Shown here: positions 60,857 through 64,000 of the stretch, piece after piece
How positions within the stretch are numbered: the first letter of the stretch is position 1
Layout: each line of letters opens with the position of its first letter
Assembly (NCBI GenBank): GCA_965227295.1
Contig: OZ245742.1
Location: forward strand, 3,904,001 to 3,968,000
Source: Leptonemataceae bacterium
Lineage (GTDB): Bacteria; Spirochaetota; Leptospiria; Leptospirales; Leptonemataceae
DNA length: 64,000 nucleotides
Reading direction: 5' to 3'
Notes under the pieces: generated by a model
The model's database searches: none
What the model was told of the DNA's origin: nothing
What the model saw: the letters and a program-made list of their open reading frames with translations, nothing else
Translations under genes and position numbers: made by a program

Positions 60857-61867
60857 TCAAATTATCTTCGTCTGTTCGATGAACCAACCACGCGCGGCGG
60901 TGGTGACGGCTTTCTGGACCGTCTTCCATTCGAGGCCGCTCGCTTCGAGTTCGGCGCCCGATTCTTTCTGAACGTCCTGTGTGAAGGCAGCCAGAAAACG
61001 ACCGGTGTTGCGCGGATCGTAGACCGCATCGCAGCTTTCCGTCGCGATCTGTTCGAGGCGGTTCGGCGTGACGAACAAGTCCACGAACTCAGCGATGTTG
61101 CGCGCCGTTTCCGGATCCACCGTCGCCGGCGCTTTGCTGCGTACGACCTGATGTTTCTCGCCCTTGGCCTTGAACATGTACTGCCCAAGCATCTCGCGAT
61201 CGATGGTTTGCGCATCGCCGGCGAGGCCGACCGGAAAATAGACCAGGCCTTCGCCGGTTCCTGCAACACCGAAGCGTGCTTTCACAAACGGATCGCATGC
61301 TTCCACGGCGCTCACGCGGGCGTTGATGGCGTCCACGGCCGCGCGCATTTGACCTGGATTCGTCCAGTCGATGTCCACGTCGGGTTCGTCCCACGGCAGG
61401 ATGTGTACTCCCGGAAGTGGACCGAGGCGTTCTGCGATCCACTCCGGTCCCATGTAGACGTCTTCGCCGATTTGTATGGAAAAGACCGCGAAGATTTTTT
61501 CGGGAATGTCGCAGATGGCAGCGCCTTTCTGGATTCCCGGCCCGCACCATTCGCCGAAGACCGTCATCGTCACACCGGTGGGAACCGTGGCCGCGAGCGT
61601 CTGCCAGCCGGCGTTGTTTTCCTGAAGCCACCGCGCGAAACCCGCGTTGTCGTTTTCGACGGACAGTACTGACGTGCGGCTCTGGGGCGAGACCACGCCG
61701 TCGCACAGGCTGATGCCCGCGTTCGTCCCGTGGAGTTTTACTTTCGGCCGGTAGCGGATCGGACCGTTGTGTGCGACCGTGGTCGGTCCCACGCGTTCCG
61801 CGTAGATCTCCACCGCTCGCCGCACATGGCTGAAGCTCTCAATCGACGGCCATTTGATGTGATTCAT
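60857..61867 (-). CDS. ATP-dependent RNA ligase family protein (Rnl2-like)
   Basis: Motif I KLHGTN, QSR, motif III FGEWCG.GIQKG, motif IV GEGLV and motif V FKAK; AGAGGA RBS before the ATG at 61867. Confidence 0.88.
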   Translation of the reverse strand: MNHIKWPSIESFSHVRRAVEIYAERVGPTTVAHNGPIRYRPKVKLHGTNAGISLCDGVVSPQSRTSVLSVENDNAGFARWLQENNAGWQTLAATVPTGVTMTVFGEWCGPGIQKGAAICDIPEKIFAVFSIQIGEDVYMGPEWIAERLGPLPGVHILPWDEPDVDIDWTNPGQMRAAVDAINARVSAVEACDPFVKARFGVAGTGEGLVYFPVGLAGDAQTIDREMLGQYMFKAKGEKHQVVRSKAPATVDPETARNIAEFVDLFVTPNRLEQIATESCDAVYDPRNTGRFLAAFTQDVQKESGAELEASGLEWKTVQKAVTTAARGWFIEQTKII

Positions 61868-61896
61868 GTTTCGTTCCTCTAACTTGATGGGTACGC

Positions 61897-61935
61897 AAAA
61901 AGGGCGGGCCTCCGTTCTTCCGGATGGACCCGCCC
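61897..61935 (-). terminator. Intrinsic terminator in the 5' leader of the RNA ligase gene
   Basis: Minus strand GGGCGGGTC-ca-TCCG-gaagaa-CGGA-GGCCCGCCC-TTTTT, ending about 30 nt before the ligase ATG. Confidence 0.8.
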
Positions 61936-61964
61936 CCTGCACGTCTTCCCAACGATGCGTACGG

Positions 61965-62036
61965 TCAGGGCCCGTCCCGGCTCCCCGTTACCCATGCGGC
62001 GCAAGGCCGTGCGTCGTTGTAAAGATGCGTATTCAT
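61965..62036 (-). CDS. Putative leader peptide MNTHLYNDARPCAAWVTGSRDGP
   Basis: 23-codon ORF whose TGA lies about 30 nt before the leader terminator; no clear SD; below the ORF-track size cutoff. Confidence 0.5.
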   Translation of the reverse strand: MNTHLYNDARPCAAWVTGSRDGP

Positions 62037-62146
62037 TGCGTGTGTTGGATGGATTGGACGAAGGAAAGTTGCATTTTGTTACGTTTTTCAGGTGTTGGCG
62101 GTCCGTAAAATGCAAATCACTAATTGAATATAAAATTATATTAGTT

Positions 62147-62262
62147 TGGGCGTTCCCCTCCGCTTCGCTCCGGGTCGGGCTTTCCGGGGCTCCGCTTCGC
62201 TGCGGTCTCAGCCGAAGACGGCTGAGACTGGGCCTTCGGCCCACCCCTCCAATCCCTAACGC
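62147..62262 (+). repeat. Multi-hairpin dispersed element, copy F
   Basis: TGGGCGTT...GTCGGGCTTTCCGGGGCTCCGCTTCGCTGCGGTCTCAG...CTGAGACTGGGCCTTCGGCCCACCCCTCCAATCCCTAACGC. Confidence 0.92.
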
Positions 62263-62314
62263 AAGAATTGAGAGTTCGCGGCCGTCGTATTCTTTCCCAC
62301 ATCCTGCAAAAAAC

Positions 62315-62342
62315 TTGACGCATGCGTCACTTTTTTTAAGAT
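62315..62342 (+). promoter_or_regulatory. Candidate sigma-70 promoter with an overlapping palindromic operator
   Basis: TTGACG-N16-TAAGAT; perfect palindrome TGACGCATGCGTCA at 62316-62329; 18 bp before the monooxygenase ATG. Confidence 0.6.
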
Positions 62343-62360
62343 GCGGCCCTGAGGCCCTCC

Positions 62361-63893
62361 ATGAACCAGAGCAAACGCAACCCGTCCGTCGTGATCGTGG
62401 GAGCCGGTATGACCGGCATCCTCATGGCCATTCGCATGCGCGAGGCCGGCATTCACGACGTCGTCATCCTGGAAAAAAAAGAAAAGATCGGCGGGACCTG
62501 GCGAGAGAACACCTATCCCGGCATCGCCTGCGACGTGCCCGCGCATTATTATACCTATCGCTTCGAACTGAACCCGCACTGGTCGAACTTCTTTGCGCCG
62601 GGCCGTGAGATTCAGCAGTACTTCGAAGGCGTCGTTGAGAAGTACGGCCTGCATGAGATCATTCATTTGAACGAAGCGGTGACGGCCGCATCTTATAAAG
62701 ACGGGAAGTGGACCGTGAAGACGAGTCAGCGCAAGACCTACGTCGCCGACTTCTTTATCGCGGCGACGGGCATTCTGCATCATCCGGCCATGCCGAACCT
62801 CAAAGGCCTGCAAACTTTCGGCGGGCCCATGTTTCACACGGCGGAGTGGAACCACGACGTGCAGTTCGGTCCCGGCGTGCGGGTGGGGGTGATCGGCAAC
62901 GGCTCCACGGCAGCGCAGTGCGTGCCGGAACTCGTGAACAGCGGGGCGGAGGTTACGGTATTCATGCGCACGCCGCAGTGGATCGCGTATTTTCCGGACT
63001 TTCGTTATCCGCAATGGTTCAAAAATTGGGTGCGTCGATCAAGAATGTTGCTGGCGTTGCAGCGCCGGATCGGTCGCTATACGATGCTCTTTTTTAACGC
63101 GGCGACGGCCGGCGTTATGCCTTACAAGAAACTCGTGGAATGGATCTGTAAACTCAGTCTGCGCTTTGGTGTTAAGGATCGCGAGTTGCGCGAACGACTG
63201 CGGCCGGACTATCGTGTCGGTTGCAAGCGCGTGGTCATCAACGCCACGTTTTTCCCGGCCATCCAGAAAGAGAACGCGCACATCGTCCAGACCGGCATCG
63301 ATCGGGTTACGAAGCAGGGCATTGTTACGAAAGACGGCAAGCTGCACGAGCTGGACGTGCTCGTATGTTCCACGGGCTTTCATCCGTTCTACTTTATGCG
63401 TCCCATGAACCTGAAGGGCCGCGGCGGCCTTTCCGTCGATACGGCCTGGAAAAAACGCATCGATGTTTACAACTCGGTGCTGTGTCCGCAGTTTCCGAAC
63501 ATGTTTCTCATGCTCGGCCCGTACACGCCCATCAGTAATTTTTCGGTGATTGCCATGTCCGAGTGCCAGGCCGATTACATCATGCAGCTCATCGAGTTGT
63601 GGCGCGAGCGTGTCTACGATGCGGTCGAGCCGAAAGTCGAAGCGGTGGAGCGCTTTCGCGAAAAAGTGCGCCAGGGTCTCGCTGGTTCGGCCTGGGCGAG
63701 TGGTTGCAGTTCGTGGTACTTAAGCGATAGCGGTGAGCCTCAGGTGTGGCCGTTTACGTGGCGCAAGTACGAACAAGAGTTGGCGCGACCGAAGTTAGAG
63801 GACCTGGTGTTGGAGAAGATCCAGGCGAAGCCGCCGCGTAAGAAGGCGGCTTCATCAAAATCGAAGCGGAAGCGGGTGGCCGTGGCGGGGTAG
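62361..63893 (+). CDS. Flavin-containing monooxygenase (Baeyer-Villiger type)
   Basis: GAGMTG, GGTWRENTYPG..CD, FGGPMFHTAEW (FxGxxxHxxxW), GNGSTA and STGF motifs. Confidence 0.94.
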   Translation: MNQSKRNPSVVIVGAGMTGILMAIRMREAGIHDVVILEKKEKIGGTWRENTYPGIACDVPAHYYTYRFELNPHWSNFFAPGREIQQYFEGVVEKYGLHEIIHLNEAVTAASYKDGKWTVKTSQRKTYVADFFIAATGILHHPAMPNLKGLQTFGGPMFHTAEWNHDVQFGPGVRVGVIGNGSTAAQCVPELVNSGAEVTVFMRTPQWIAYFPDFRYPQWFKNWVRRSRMLLALQRRIGRYTMLFFNAATAGVMPYKKLVEWICKLSLRFGVKDRELRERLRPDYRVGCKRVVINATFFPAIQKENAHIVQTGIDRVTKQGIVTKDGKLHELDVLVCSTGFHPFYFMRPMNLKGRGGLSVDTAWKKRIDVYNSVLCPQFPNMFLMLGPYTPISNFSVIAMSECQADYIMQLIELWRERVYDAVEPKVEAVERFREKVRQGLAGSAWASGCSSWYLSDSGEPQVWPFTWRKYEQELARPKLEDLVLEKIQAKPPRKKAASSKSKRKRVAVAG

Positions 63894-63909
63894 TGGAAGA
63901 GAAGAATTT

Positions 63910-63936
63910 ACACCGAGGCCCCGAGACACCGAGGGA
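63910..63936 (+). repeat. Short CACCGAGG-type tandem repeat
   Basis: ACACCGAGGCCCCGAGACACCGAGGGA just after the monooxygenase stop. Confidence 0.7.
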
Positions 63937-64000
63937 AGAATGAGGAATGCGAATTTACACTTAAGTTCAGGTCGTGTTCGACCCTAAAAATCGTTCAATA

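Overview
GC-rich bacterial chromosomal segment, most likely from a Leptospiraceae-like spirochete (inferred from a TIGR04388-like large protein, a Leptospira-type cNMP-binding protein and several spirochete-style lipoproteins). It holds about 50 CDS. Housekeeping genes include clpS-clpA, a thiolase, a class I aldolase, a nitrite/sulfite reductase, avtA, yggS, sppA, surE and carB. The rest are membrane, secreted and regulatory genes. No rRNA, tRNA, CRISPR array, transposase or integrase is evident. The most interesting signals are mostly non-coding. (1) An Rnl2-type RNA ligase sits behind a 23-codon leader ORF ending CCC-TGA-C and a strong intrinsic terminator, a candidate ribosome-sensing attenuator for RNA repair. 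(2) A ~100-155 bp multi-hairpin element occurs in six full copies with long-range compensatory base changes and C(GNA)G triloops that point to folded ssDNA. (3) A ~330 bp satellite-like repeat occurs at three loci, always between convergent genes, with blocks of alleles shuffled among copies. (4) A short CACCGAGG tandem repeat family is dispersed across the window. Also notable are a TIGR04388-like candidate polymorphic toxin with an HExxH tip and a FemAB-like transferase linked to clpS-clpA. All family assignments come from motif recognition by eye, not from database searches.
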